NCBI RefSeq assembly: GCF_009914755.1
Contig: NC_060940.1
Strand: one strand, 5' to 3'
Length of the DNA: 64,000 nucleotides
Origin: the human T2T-CHM13v2.0 reference genome, Homo sapiens
Part shown: piece by piece, positions 47,141-61,451 of the stretch
How the letters are laid out: every line of letters begins with the position of its first letter
Position numbering within the stretch: position 1 is the first letter of the stretch
Notes under the pieces: generated by a model
What the model saw: the letters and a program-made list of their open reading frames with translations, nothing else
Told to the model about the DNA's origin: nothing
Databases searched by the model: none
Position numbers and translations under genes: made by a program

Positions 47141-48484
47141 CCAAGGTGTCCTTAAAATTTTTTTATTATGTAAAAGTTGAAACATATACAGAAATAAAAG
47201 TGTAATGAGCCTCTATGTACCCATCACCTGGCTGTAGCTGTTAGTACCTCTTGGCCAGTCTTGCTTCATCTGTATCCCGTCCCACCCATCAAACCTCAGC
47301 CTCTCATGGTATTTTGAAGAAAATCCCAGGTTCCATATTATTACATTCCTGAGTATTTCAGAATCTATCTTTAAAAGATAAGAGGTCTTTTAAAAACCCC
47401 ACATTACTGCAATACCATAGTCATACTTTAAAAAGCCTGTTAAAAGAGGCTCGTGCTAGTCCCATTGATTCTTGGGTTGGAGTATCAGGGAGAGGAGCTT
47501 CTTTAAGAACGTCTTTTAGGGGGCCCCTGGCTCACTCTTTCTCCTTCCCAGCTTCCCGAACAAGGAACTGGAGCATCTCATTTATGCAAGATGGCTAAGC
47601 TCGGAGCTTTTCTGTCTTTTGGATGTGCCCTTTGCTTGGCTCTCTGCCTTGACTTCAGTTAACAACACACATAGTCATGTCAGCAGCACACTACACAGGC
47701 CCTGGGAAAGTGAGGGATTTGGAGATGAGGAGGTGTGACCACAGCCTGCAGGCTCCACCAGCGTATGGGTTTCCAGCCTCCAGCATGGTCTCCTTTACAA
47801 ACAGACTCCTTCCCTAAGGAAGGTCTCCGAAGGAAGAGGAGGCAGGCTGTATCTCACAGGTGTCTCTCTGTTTTTTTTAAATTTTTTTTTTAACTGGTAA
47901 AAAGTAGGCAAAAGAGCATAAAGAACTTCCATATACTCATCACCCTACTTCAATAGTTATCAACTCTTGTCCAGTCTTGTTTCATCCACTTACCCTCCTG
48001 TTTCCCCAGCATCAAGTAGTGTTTGGAAGGAAATCCAAAGCACAACGTTGATTTCACCCATAAGTAGTTAGGAATATATTGGTAGTAAACTACAAGGACT
48101 GTCTTTTTAAAACAGAAAAAACTCTGTAGTATCATTATCACACCCTAAAGTTAGCAGTAATTCCTTAGTATTGTCAAATATCTGGTGAGTGTTCAAATTT
48201 GTAGTTTAAACAGGTGTTTGAATCAGGATCCCAGTAAGGTCCCCACCTCGTGATTGGTGATGGATCTCTTCAGTGTCTTTTAATCCATATGTTCTGTCAC
48301 CTGTGTCTCCCTGCCTCTCCCTTTCTTCCTTATGTGTCATTTATTAGTTGAAGAACCTGGGTTGTTGATCCTAGAGAATTTCTCCTACCAGTGTTTTTTG
48401 AGGGTGTATTACATGTGTGGTACTTGGTGACCTGTTAGGTTTTTCATGGCATTTTATGAAAAGCAGCTATAGATATTGATGTCA

Positions 48485-49194
48485 CAGCCTGGGCAATGTA
48501 GTGAGACCCTGTAATTACAAAAAAAAATTTTTTTAACTAGCTGGGTACATCAGCATGCCTGTGGTCCCAGCCACTCAGGAAGTTGAGGTGGGAAGATTGC
48601 TTGAGTCCAGAAGGTCAAGGCTGCAGTGAGCTATTGAAGTAGGAGGTGGGACTTGACTCCAGAGGCGGGACTCAGACACTGGACCAAACTGACTACTAGC
48701 TAAAACAGGACTGGGTGGAAGCAGCTTTCCATCAGACATGCCCGTGGGTGCCATGTCAGTTTACCATTATCATGGCAACATCCAGGAGTTACGGCCCCTT
48801 TCCATGGCAATGACCCAATGACTCAAAAGTTAATACTTCCTCTCTAGAAATTTCTGCATAAACGACCCCTTAATCTACACATAAGTAAAAGTACCTACAA
48901 ATGTGACTGCAAAACTGCCCTGAGCTGCCACCCTCTGTTTGCGGGGTCACCCTGCTCTGCAGCAGCAGTCCCGGAGCTGTAACTCCACTGGAGCTGTGAC
49001 ACCGCCACTTCAATAAAGCTGTTTTCTTCTACCTCCAGCTTGCCCTTGAATTCTTTCCTGGACAAAGCCAAGAACCCTTGCAGGCTAAGCCCTTCTTTGG
49101 GGGCTTATCTGTCCTGCATCACTATGATGGCACCACTGCATTCCAGCCTAGGTGACAGAGCGAGACATCTGGGGAAAAAAAAAAAAAAAAAAAA
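48485..49194 (+). mobile_element. 5'-truncated AluJ-like element split by an LTR
   Basis: Alu reads ...gcagtgagCTAT [LTR] CTATgatggcaccactgcattccagcc...A-tail. Confidence 0.85.
48635..49121 (+). mobile_element. ERV1 solo LTR (MER66/MER41-group-like), 487 bp
   Basis: TG...CA termini, 4-bp TSD CTAT (48631-48634, 49122-49125), AATAAA at 49012-49017, U5 gaattctttcctgg..aagccaagaaccc. Confidence 0.85.
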
Positions 49195-51672
49195 GATAAT
49201 GAAGGTAATAGCAGTTAGTGCAAATTGAGGGGCTATTCTATTTTTAGGCACTGTGTTAATTGCATTACATGGACTGTTTGATTCATTGTTCTCTGCATAC
49301 CTACAGATGATGAAGCCGAGGCTTGGAAGGGTTAAGTCACCTGCCCGAGGTCATGGGGCTAGCATAGGTAGAAGCAAGATTTGACCCCCTGACTGACCCC
49401 AGAGTTGGTACTCTTCCCATCGCCCTCTGTGGCCTTCTCTGTATCTGACTAGAAACAGGAATCAGGCCTGCCTTGCCTACTAGCTCTAACTTTTAGTTCT
49501 AAGTGGAGCCAGGAAAATGAATGCAGTGACAAACATGCTGGCTATTAGCTTGTCAAGAACTAGAACGATGGAAGAGATAAGGAGGGAGGATGGAAACAGA
49601 TTCTAGCTGGCGACACGGTTTCTGATGTGAGCACTTACTGGGTAAACAGCCGTGTGTGCTGCCTTGGATGGCAGGCCCCTTCTGATGCCTCTTGTGCTCA
49701 CTGGATGTTCCCATCTGTTCCTGTGTGCTGGGGTTATCCGCCCATGCAGCAGGAGGAGAAGGGTCCACTACTGGCACTGTCTTCTTCTCAAGGGCTCTTC
49801 CTTCTTCCCTCCTCTCCCTTGGCCTCTCAGTTACTGTTTGCATTTGCCTGGGGCATGTTCAGGTGCAGGTCACAATTGTGCCTCTGTGCAGGCATGCTTG
49901 CGCCCCTAGCCTTCTAGTGTTTATCCTTGCTGATCTTTTGATTTCTCTCACAGAACCTTGGATACCTTGTTTCCCATTTCCTGATGAGGTCACCACCCTC
50001 TCCGGTGGTGGCGCTGGGCCCTGATCTTTGCTGTTTCTCCACCCCATGTGTTCTGTTTCGCTTCCATTTCTGCTGAAGCCTCATTTCCAGTTGTGCCTCT
50101 GATCTGGAAGTCTGGAGTACTTGCGAACGAACAGATGAACTTCCTTAGAGAAACACTTGGAAAATGATCCAATACTCCTTTTTGGGCGATAGATAAAAAT
50201 ACTTGTAATTATAGTGGCTGGTTTTCAGCTTTTCAGACCCACACTATTTTGGGCCTGTTTTATATTTGCCTTCCTCTTTGAGGCGGGAAGTGGCTTCAAG
50301 AAGCCACTTCTGGGTCCCCAGAAGGAGTCGTGTGGCCTTGATGGACGCGAGTGAAAGAGATGTAGTCCTGTCAAGGTTGGGCTCAGAGTTCAGTATACAC
50401 CCGGCGAAGGGGCAGGGCTGTCCTGAATGCTGCATGAGCTCAGCCTGCAGGCAACATAAAGGGCTCGTCACTGGCAGTGTGGAGCTGGAGAAACGGGATA
50501 CAGCGGGAGTGGAGAACGCTGAGACAGGGAGGAGGGAGGGACTTGTTGCATTTAATGCATGTAGACGGGCAATGACAAACTACTCTGGGCCCAGTCTACT
50601 TGGGCCATTTCTTTTTCTGCTTAAAACTTACCAGTGGCTCACTTTAGCATTTAGGTTCCTGTAAAAGTAACATGTTCACATGTTAAAGTAAGCCTTTTTG
50701 CTATACTCTTGCCTTCCTCTTCAGTCATGCTTCTTACCTTGCTCTGAGCATGTTTTCCTTTCTCAAATGCACGTGTTCTCACTGCAGACCTTCACACAGG
50801 CAGGTGTAAGGTCCCACCTGGAACCCTGTTCTTTTTTTATGAACCCTTTCCTGTCCGTTTTCGCTGGCTGACTTCTGATCTTTCAGATCTCATCCTGGAA
50901 GCCTTCTCAAATCACCCCACTGCACTCTTGAAGACTGATTCAGTTTGCCCCAGGTGTCCTGCACGTCCTTTGTGTCACCTCTCCTAATCCTCCTAGTACG
51001 GTGTCGTGAATGTGTCCCATTTACCTGTGTTCATCCTTCATGACCTCTGGTACCTGGTTGATGCTTGTATGATTTAATAATTTTTTTGGTTGCAGAATAA
51101 AAAAACTTGGCTCAAGCTGTCTGTGACAAAGACTGTGTGATTTATCAAGGTCTGTCTCATTTTTCTTTTTGTAGACACATAGGACAGATGCATTTCCTAG
51201 TCTCCTTTATGGGTAGCTTGGGACTGTGTGACTAGTTTTGGCCAGTGGGTTGAAAGTAGAGGTAATGAGTGTTATGCTAGACTGAGGCATAGGAGAGTGG
51301 GGATGAGTTTTCTTGGTTCTTGCTCCCCTGCCATGGTGATTCTGGAAGCTTTGTGTTCCATGATGCATAGCTAGAAAATGATACTGACCTGGATCCCTGA
51401 GTCACTGCTTGGAGGAGAGTTTCTCTGTTGTGTTGCTGGATCCACTATAGACTTTTTAAGAGCAAGAATTGAATGGTATCTATTCAGCTTGTTATTTACC
51501 ACTGAGTCGAGCCTGTCGTGGTAATCTCGAGGAAGGTAATCCTTTGGCCTCAGGAAAAGTCTGGCTTTAGCTGTGGCAAATGCTTGATACTTGAGCTGTG
51601 TTACGAGGCTCCTGTTTCTCTCTCTTTAGTGCTTTCCTCTTCCCTTTCTGGGTTGACATCATTTTTGGTAGC

Positions 51673-52027
51673 TGTTATTAGTCCATTGTCACGGTGCTGA
51701 TAAAGACATGCCCAAGACCGGGAAGAAAAAGAGGCTTAATGGACTCACAGTTCCACATGGCTGGGGAGACCTCACAATCATGGCAGAAGGCAAGGAGGAG
51801 CAAGTCATGTCTAACATGGATGGTGGCAGCAAAGAGAAAGAGCTTGTGCAGCCCCTTATACAACTGTCAGATCTCGTGAGACTTGCTCACTGTCACGAGA
51901 ACAGCACGGGAAAGACCCGCCCCCATCATTCAGTTACCTCCCACTGGGTCTCTCCCACGACACGTGGGAATTGTGGGAGCTACAATTCAAGGTGAGATTT
52001 GGGTGGGGACAAAGGCAAACCATATCA
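51673..52027 (-). mobile_element. THE1 (THE1C-like) solo LTR
   Basis: gctgataaagacat...ctcacaatcatggcagaagg...aaaccatatca; TSD gtagc/gtagg. Confidence 0.9.
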
Positions 52028-53537
52028 GTAGGTTTTCCTCCTCAGGGTCACAGATGGCTGTGATCACCCCTGGGCACATAGTTTTTCTTCCAGGTTCACA
52101 TTCATAGGAAACAGCAAGAGTCTCTCCATGCTTGTCAAAAACCTTATGTTTACTCTGTAGAGTTAACTTAGGTTCCATTCTCTCTTTTCAGCTGATCACA
52201 GGATCTGGCTTGTGCTAAGACAGGGAAGAGCTCCATTGAGACATGGAGAAGGGAGATTGGGGAGAGGGATGGATCCCCAGATGAAAACTGGGACTGTTGC
52301 TAGGGGAAGCGGATGCCATGGTGGCAGAAAACCAAGGTTCACTTCAGTGCTCAGTGCATGAATGAATGGATGAGTGAGTGAAGAGTGAGTGAGAGCCAGA
52401 TCAGTGGATATATTGAAGAATCAGCCCTCTCCCTTGCCTTCGGGGGCTCACAGCCTACTAGTAGAGTTAGCGTCATAAAACAGTAATTTTTAGCAGCAAG
52501 CAATCAGTGAATCAAAAGAAGAGGGAAATTGGCGCTGTCAGATCTGCTGGTGGAGGGGTTGTGGTTTGGGGTGTATTAGACAAGATAGTGCAGAAATGTT
52601 CATTTCGAAGCTGGGCTTTGCAGGTAGAATAGGACCTTGCCAGTGAGACAGGGTGGGGAAGGGCAGTCCAGATGGCAGGAACAGCAGGTGCGAAGGTTTG
52701 GCCACCTGGGCGTGTCAGGTGGCAACTGACTGATAGACCGTAGAGTGAGACAGAGGCAAGACGCCTCCATAGTTCCTTTTTTAGCACTGTTTGTCATTCC
52801 TACTAGAGAGAGTCTTTTAGGTTTCAGATGCTACAATTAATGTTTCTTTTTCTGAAAGTGGTAGGATTGGAAAGTTCTCCCTTTTCCTCGTTTTTTCTGT
52901 GTCTTGATTCTCCCTAACACAGGTGCATGTGGAGAGCTGCACCTTCCTCCCGTGGCCGCTCTTGGCCTTTGGATAGGAATTTCCTCTTAAGTCCCCAGCC
53001 AGTCATTTCAGACCCATTGAGGAAGATAGAGTTTTGTCAGGTCAGTGGTGCTGAGAGGCTTCTGTTTCTTAAAGGTGCTCTTCTAGTTGATTGTAAGGGG
53101 CACTGCCAGAAGACTTTCAGCTTGAATGGCTTGTAGCAGTTTGGCTTGGAAGACATCTTGTAAAAAGCGTTGACTCCAGGTGCCCTGCCATTTTAGAAAC
53201 ATCCCCCGATATGTAATAGTGAGACTTAGGACTTTGCTTCTAATAGTGTGATATTCTTGTTTGTTTAATTTGAAGGATCTAAAACCTTCTGTTGCCTCCC
53301 TGTTCTCTTCCTCTGTGAGGCTGATACAAGGCACAGTGGCTCTAGTGTTAGTTAAGCTTGTAAGGATCAGAGATTTTACTAACCTTGTTTAAGTTCTTAC
53401 AGAAGAATTTTTGCTAACGTCCAGCTGAGGAACTTTCTTATGTAGAATAAATCAAAATTTTCACCAGAGTAGTTCACTCTTATTAATGAATGAATAATGA
53501 ATAGACAAATTATTTAAATCTAAATTAATATAATTGA

Positions 53538-53735
<198 letters not shown>

Positions 53736-55332
53736 CCCCATCATATGCATCGTGTCATTTAATCTTCACGACAACCTTGCAAGGTAGGCGGTGGTGGATG
53801 CTGAGGCTCAGAAAGGTTGAGTAGAATATCCCGAGTTGCATAGTCAGCAAGTGGCAGAGCTGACGTCTGGACCCAGTTCTGATAACAGCAGTGACTGTGA
53901 TCCTGCTTTCCTGCTGTTCAGACAGTGTGTTTGTTTCCGAAGATTAGCCAGCCTGCGGTAGAGGTTAAGCTCATCGTTTCTGTTTCCTGACACATTTTAT
54001 GACTGTCTTCTGGTGGAAGACGTTTCTAAAGCCTGAAAGAGACTTGAAATTGGACTTGGAATGACTTTGAGGTTTTGTAGCTTCTCCTGATTGATTACAG
54101 TGCAAATTAACTAAATGAATTATTTAGCTCAACTAATAGCGTGCTTTCATCCAATAGCTTGGTAGAAAGAACATATTGAACATTTTTTACTTAATCCACT
54201 TTGGGGGAATATTTGAACAGATTAAAAAAATAAAGTACAAAGGATCTTTTTTATCAATTAATTTTGAGCCATTCTGTTCTTTTGGAAAGCTGCAGATATC
54301 TTTCTCAATGATTGTTAAAATCCTTATCAGGCTGGCAAGCTTGCATTCATTCAGTGCTTATACGGTGCCAGGCATATTCCTAAGCACTTTATTTATCTCA
54401 TGTGATCCTTATAGCTACTCTGTGTGGCGGTATTACTCTCATCCTCGCTATACAGAGGAGGAAACTGAGGTGTGGTGTGCTTACTGATGGTCAGGGTCAT
54501 GTAGGTGCTCAGATTCCAGACCTGAAGCTCACAGCCACTCTCCGGGGAGGAGAACTTTGAATCCAAACACCAGGAGATGACGGTCAGTCCCCACTGCTGG
54601 TCAGAATGTGAGAATCGAAATCCTAGCTCTAGGCGCATGCCTGGGCCCTGTCACCTGACCTCTGTGAGCCTCAGATGTCTGCGTCTATGGCCTGGGAATC
54701 ATCATTTCCAATGTGTAGCATTTATAGATCAAGTAGGGAGTTGTATGCATGGCTCCTGTCACCCGTCATCTCTTGGGTGAGGTGCCTGCTGTGATGGGGA
54801 ACCCTCTTGTCTCATTTGCCTGTTTTGGGGACAGACAGTGTCACTCTCAGTGGAACAGCCCTCAGCCCTGTCATGTACAGGGTCACTGGACATCTTCTCT
54901 CGTTCCTCCCTCCGATGGGCTGAGAATGGCCCGGCATGCTTACTCAGGGAGAATGAGTCTTCTTGGTTTCTAAAGACTCACCCTGTCTACTCCCAGGCCT
55001 GGGAAGTCCATAGTCACCCGCCTCCCTCTGCTGTCTGTCTGTAGCATTCTGGATGGCTGTGGGCTCATGCTGCCGCCATCATGGTTCCCTGTTAGCTGGT
55101 CCCGCCTCCCTGCCCTTTGCCTATGCTCAGCGGGGAGCACAGTTCCTCTCTGGGTAGGTTCAGGTCCTTTCAGTAACAGCTCAGACCTGCCTATGTCCCC
55201 AGGCTGGCTCCTTGCCTCCCTACTGGCTGTCTGTCACTTGGCTGAGAACTAGAGCTGCCCTGGACCTCTCTGGGCCTTTGTGTTCAGGCCTAACACAGCT
55301 GGAGCTCCCGGGAAGAGATGACTGTCCCTTCC

Positions 55333-55696
55333 TGTATTAGCCTGTTTTCACGCTGCTGATAAAGACATATCTGAGACTGGGTAATTTATTTAAAAAAAAA
55401 AGGCTTAATGGAGTCACAGTTTTACATGGCTGGGGAGGCCTCACAATCATGGCAGAAGGTGAAAGACACGTCTTACATGGCGTCAGGCAAAGAGAGAATG
55501 AGAACCAAGTGAAAGGGATTTCTCCCTATAAAACCAACACATCTCGTGAGACTTATTCTCTACCACAAGAACAGTATGGGGGAAACTGCCCCAGTGATTC
55601 AATTATCCCCCCACTGGTTCTTCCCACAACACATGGGAATTATGGGAGCTACAAGTCAAGATGAGATTTGGGCCGGGGCACACCTAAACCATATCC
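55333..55696 (-). mobile_element. THE1 (THE1B-like) solo LTR
   Basis: tgtattagcctgttttcacgctgctgataaagac...aaaccatatc; 5-bp TSD cttcc at 55328-55332 and 55697-55701. Confidence 0.92.
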
Positions 55697-56961
55697 CTTC
55701 CCATGTCCTTGCTTCTCCACTTCTACTCGTCCCAGGGTTGACTTTCCTAGGATGACAGGCAGCGGGGTCACCGGTTCCCTTTAAGGATACGCACACCCCA
55801 CCATGGGGCAGTGAAGCCAGCCTCCCAGGAGAAGTTGCCAGAATCCCTGAACATTCCTTCTCTTCCTACCAACCCAAGGACTTTTTCTTGCCAAGTCGCC
55901 CACCACTTTCTTAGTTTTGTTTTTGAGAAAACAACTCTCACAACTTCCTTTGTGGCTAATTTTTTCCCATCAGTATCCTGCTTTTTCTGCAGCTTCCGTT
56001 GACGAAGGTACATTTTACCTCTGGAACCGGTGGAGCAGAGAGCTGAATATACCCTGTTTCCTCGGGCTTCCTTGGAGTGACTCACAGGTTCCATTTTCAG
56101 TACCAAAAACTCAGCTTTGCCAGGGCAAGCTCTCAGCAACTCTTTTACAGTGACAAGTACTTTAGAAAAGTTTCAATTCACTTATTTCTCTGGGTCACAC
56201 AGGCAACTCTCTGCCCTGCTTTGAGCAAAGACTATTTCTTTAGCAAAGGATATTGAAATTGGGTTCTTTTTTTTTTTCCTCACTCCCTTCAAGTAGATTT
56301 TTTTTTTAATCCATTTTTAAGGTAGAGAAGGGAGATGAGTCTTATAAAAACTTGAAAACTGTCTTTTGACAAAGACCAACTTCTGCGCCCAGCGCTTTCA
56401 TCTCCAGGTGCCTGAGATTAACGTTTCCAAAAATGAGTCTTTTAAACAGTTCTTCTCCTCAAAATGAAATATGTTCTGTGGTAACAACCCAGTTCCTACT
56501 ATGTAATATGTAGAAATCATTTTCCCTTTGTGAAGAAAACTAGATTTAAATGCTAACATATTATCTTTTTGTCTTCCTGAAAAATTTTTCTTCCTTCGGT
56601 GGTAAAAAGCTTTTAAAGTTAATGGAAAATTCTCCCCTTCCTGTGCTCTGGCTCGGGAGGAGAGGGAGATAACAGATCTCAGTTTCTCTGTAAATATCAT
56701 AATGACTGCCTTCCTGGTGTTAGAGGTTTGAACTGCTGTGATGGCATGTATTTTAAAGCAAAGTGGTGGTCAATTTTGATGAAAAGTGATAAAATCGAGT
56801 GGATAAAATTGGCTTTCAGCAAGTAGAATGCTCTGCACCTGTAAGTTTGTGCCCATGGCCCTTATATATGGGGAGAAGAAAGAAATTTCCTACAATTTTT
56901 TTGACACATCAGAATTATAACAATTTGTTTTTGGTGTAGCACTTCACATGTCTTGATCATT

Positions 56962-57150
56962 ACTAGGCCAGCAGACTTTTTTATATAAAGGGATCAATAG
57001 TAAAATCTTTCGGTGTTGTGGGCCATGTGATCCCCTGCCATTGGAGCACTGAAACAGCCCAAGACAATTTGTAAACATGGTTGTGTGTCAATAAAACTTT
57101 ATTTACCAAAACAGGCAGGGGGCCTGCAGGTCACATTGTGCCAATCCCTA
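56962..57150. mobile_element. MER58A-like DNA transposon
   Basis: taaagggatcaatagtaaa...tgtgggccat...caataaaactttattta..aaaacagg. Confidence 0.7.
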
Positions 57151-57358
57151 ATGCAGGTACTTCTACTTAGTGATGGTGGTGATGCTGACAGGGATGGTTA
57201 TACCATTAGTATCAGCTGCTGTTTTGAGTGCCAGTCATGGGCCAGGCAATAGATACATTTACTGCTCATAAACACTTTAATGAAGGGTAAACGTGGTTAT
57301 CGCCACTTAACAAAGGACTAAAGCGAGGCCCACCTAGGTCAGGTGACTTGCTCTATGC

Positions 57359-57574
57359 CAGGGTTCTCAACCCCAACACTATTGACATTTTGGACCACAT
57401 AATCGTTTGTCATGGGGGCTTTCCTGTGTGTAGTAGGATGTTTCACGGCATGCCTGGCTGCTGCCCGCTAGATGCTGGTGGCACCCCCTTCCCCACAACT
57501 GTGATAATCACAAATGTCTCCAGACATGGCCACATGTCTCTGGGATCAAAATCCCTGCTGGTTGAGAACCACTC
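57359..57574. mobile_element. MER20 (hAT/Charlie)
   Basis: cagggttctcaacc..cactattgacattttgg...aaatgtctccagacat...gttgagaaccact; TSD ctctatgc/ctctagga. Confidence 0.88.
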
Positions 57575-58094
57575 CTCTAGGATATACCACTTTTTTCCCC
57601 CCGCTGCAGAAAGAAGACAGGGTTAGGGGTCGGAGGCTGGAGACAAGGGCAGACCACACCAGCAGCTGCACTGGGGCGGAGGCCACGGCACCTGTTGGGG
57701 TCTGGGTTTCCCCACCACACACGGGGCAGTGTGCGGTGAGCTGAGGCCCTGGAGGCTCTGGGCCTTGAATCTCACCTGCTGCCATGGCCAAAGCCTGGGA
57801 GTGATTTTCAAGTAATGCCAGTAGGATGTACCACTTCTTAATGTCAAAATCTGGGCTGGAAAGATGGTCTTTATGATTTTGTTTTTTTGTTTATTGGTTT
57901 GTTTTGTGTTGTTCTACACAGAAATAATGACTGCCCCCAAGCCAAAGCTCTTTTCCTCGGTGTGTGTATTCACTTCTCTCCTCCTCCGCATCCCTGGCTT
58001 CCTTCCCTTCTCCTGGCCTCTCCTACTTGAAATTTGCTAAGAGAGATCTGAGGTGTCCTCAGCACCCCCTGTTGTGTTATAAAGATCACAGAGT

Positions 58095-58240
58095 TAAAAA
58101 ATGATAACCGTGGGTGGTGATGGATGTGTTAATTTAATTGCATTCGTCATAACACAGTGTACACATACTTCAGATCATTTCTCTGTACATCTCCAATATA
58201 TTCCATTTTTATTTGTCATTTGCACCTCAGTAAAGCTGGG
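58095..58240 (+). mobile_element. L1M 3'-terminal fragment
   Basis: ggtgatggatgtgttaatt...tttttatttgtcattt.cacctcagtaaagctggg. Confidence 0.7.
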
Positions 58241-58380
58241 GGAAATGTGAGCTGCGGAATATCGTTGATTGGCTTCCACGTCTGGCTCCACCTGTCTCAC
58301 TGAACAACTGTCGAAACCTTCCCAGCTTTGCTGAACCTCACTTTTCCCCTCCAGGAAGTGGAACAATAATAGCACTTATG

Positions 58381-58718
<338 letters not shown>

Positions 58719-59510
58719 TCAATTCAATGCTCAGTGAATAACTGAGCAATGCAATTCATAATGCAATGAATAACTGGTATGATGATGATGACAGTGACAA
58801 AAATGATAACACAGATAATTTCCTTAGACTCCTCATCCCCTGGATGGTTTTCTGCAGGGCTGATGTTTATCACCTTCTTCAAGGTTTCATACTTTGCAGA
58901 ATCTTGAACAAGCCTGTGCAGATTATACCTTTCTTTGCCATGAACAAGTCTATGATCATGAGAAAGTTATTAACCTCTCTGAGCCTCAGTTTTCTCATCT
59001 GTAAAATGGGAATGGTAATAGTTCCTACCTCCTAGTGTTACTGTGAAGAATAAGTTAACATGTGTCTAACATTTAGAAGAATGTCTGGCCCTTAAATATA
59101 TATGCATGTTGTGTGTTTTTAGATTTTCCTGCCAATGAGAGACAGAAAATACTCTCTTACTTTCCTCTCTAGAATAGGCCAGGCATCCTCTGCTGCCTCC
59201 CATGGCTGGGAGGACCCTTGCTGTCTCTCACCGGCCAAGGAAGGTTAGATGTGGGTGTCCCCAGGGGCCCAGGGGTGACGATGTGGGTATAGTGACAACA
59301 GTTAGAGTTGCTTTCACATGTGGCGTGATTCCTATGTGCCTGATGGTATTACCAGTTGTTACCTACATTAACCTTATCATAATGGAATGAGGAAGCCAGA
59401 GGAACCAAGGCTTTGATTCTTTTATTTATCCATTTTCATAATAATGAGTTGGTTCCTTTCCCTCCTCCAGAGAGGACCAATGAGTCTTTAAAAAAAAAAA
59501 AAAAAAATAG

Positions 59511-59803
59511 GGCTGGGCACGGTGGCTCATGCCTGTAATCCCAGCCCTTTGGGAGGTCAAGGTAGGTGAATCACTTGAGGTCAGGAGTTCGAGACCCACC
59601 TGGCCAACATGGCGAGACCCTATCTCTACTAAAAATACAAAAATTAGTTGGGTATGGTGGCACATGCTTGTAATCTCAGCTACTGAGGAGGCTGAGGCAG
59701 GAGAATCGCTGGCACCCAGGAGACGGAGGTTGCAGTGAGCTGAGATCATGCTACTGTACTCCAGCCTGGGTGACACAGTGAGACTCCGTCTCAAAAAAAA
59801 AAA
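59511..59803 (+). mobile_element. Alu (AluSx-like)
   Basis: Dimer with A-tail, preceded by an A-tract. Confidence 0.92.
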
Positions 59804-60337
59804 ATTACAAATTTATGTATTTAAGCCTATTTGATGTTTTCCAGTTCATCACAGTAATTTTTCTTTGTGATATTCAAGTTGTCCTATCTTCAGCCCATGG
59901 ACGGTGTTTAGTTTGATTCCTGAGTCCTCAAGAGTAGTTTTTGCCATTACACTGGACATCAAAGCAAGGAAGCTGAGGTGTTCTAGGCCCTTCTTGTACT
60001 TCATGCCCCAGACCTGGAAACACCTGTTCCTCCAGGGGGCCCTGGCTCTTTGACTGGGAAAAGGTATTTATACAGCATAATCTAGGTAGTGGGGAGTGCT
60101 CGTTGCTACTGGGTTGGCTATTGTTTCTAGGCCTTTTCAGTGTTCAGAGCTAGAAAATCTTTCCCTTTCTTCTTCCCCACCTGCCTCTTCCCTCCCTTTC
60201 CCCCACCCCATCCCTTCTTTTTTAGTAGACTATATATTATGATCCATAGATACTTCTAATTCAAATTTCGAATTTTTTTTTTTTTTTTTTTACTTAACTA
60301 CCTTGATTTAATATTTGTATCTTTTTTCTTACACTAG

Positions 60338-60664
<327 letters not shown>

Positions 60665-61228
60665 GGGATAAATACAATTTCTTATGAGGTTTTGCTAATC
60701 TGGTAGCCAAGTAACGTAATCTCCATGTAGTTTTAATTTGCATTTCTCTAATATGAATGAAAAGAACCCTTTTTTGCCTCCTGTCTTCCACCACTTTCTC
60801 CAACCAAGGCAGAGTTGATCACATTTTCCTTCCTGTCCCCATAATGCCTTGGAGACAGCGCTCTGATAGCATCGATCATCAGTGATCAGCTTGGTGGTTT
60901 CTCCAAGCTGTATATTTTACTCTGTATATTTTACTGTCTTTTTATCTTCCATTGTTTGGCATTGTGTTTTGCCTTAGTGTTTATGAACGACTTAATAGTT
61001 CTGACAGTTTTTACTTAGATCTGTTAACCTCAGTCCCTTTTTAATTCCTATGTAACTGCTTTTCCCCAGCAGAGCAGCTAAAAAAAGAATGATGAGAGAG
61101 AATAGCAACACAAGAAAAACAAGCTGTTGAGAAAAACCAGATGCATACTTGTAACCCTGACTTCTCTTTGAGTTCCAGGCACACGTTGCTCCAGCGGCCG
61201 TCGTGACATCTCCGTGGATTGTCTAAAG

Positions 61229-61451
61229 TAGGGTTTCTCAAACTCAGCCTTGATGACATTTTGGACTGCGTAGCTGTTTGCTGTGGGAGGCTGTTCCGCA
61301 TGTTGCAGGGTGTTTAGTGACATTGCCCCACTAGCCTTACCTACTAGATGCTGGTGACATCTCCCTATCCCAGTTGTGATCACCAAAAATGTCTCTCGAC
61401 ATTCCGTACTCTGCCCTTGGAAGCAAAAATACCCTCCTTTGAGGACCACTG
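61229..61451. mobile_element. MER20 (hAT/Charlie)
   Basis: tttctcaa..tcagc...tgacattttggac...accaaaaatgtctc...tgaggaccactg; 8-bp TSD gtctaaag/gtttaaag. Confidence 0.88.

Noticed and set aside
47150-48400. Two similar segments (about 47200-47430 and 47920-48180) as a local duplication
   Set aside because: Low identity; better explained as separate old L1M 3'-end fragments.
60908-60936. 14-bp tandem duplication ctgtatattttact x2
   Set aside because: Ordinary slippage duplication with no associated structure.
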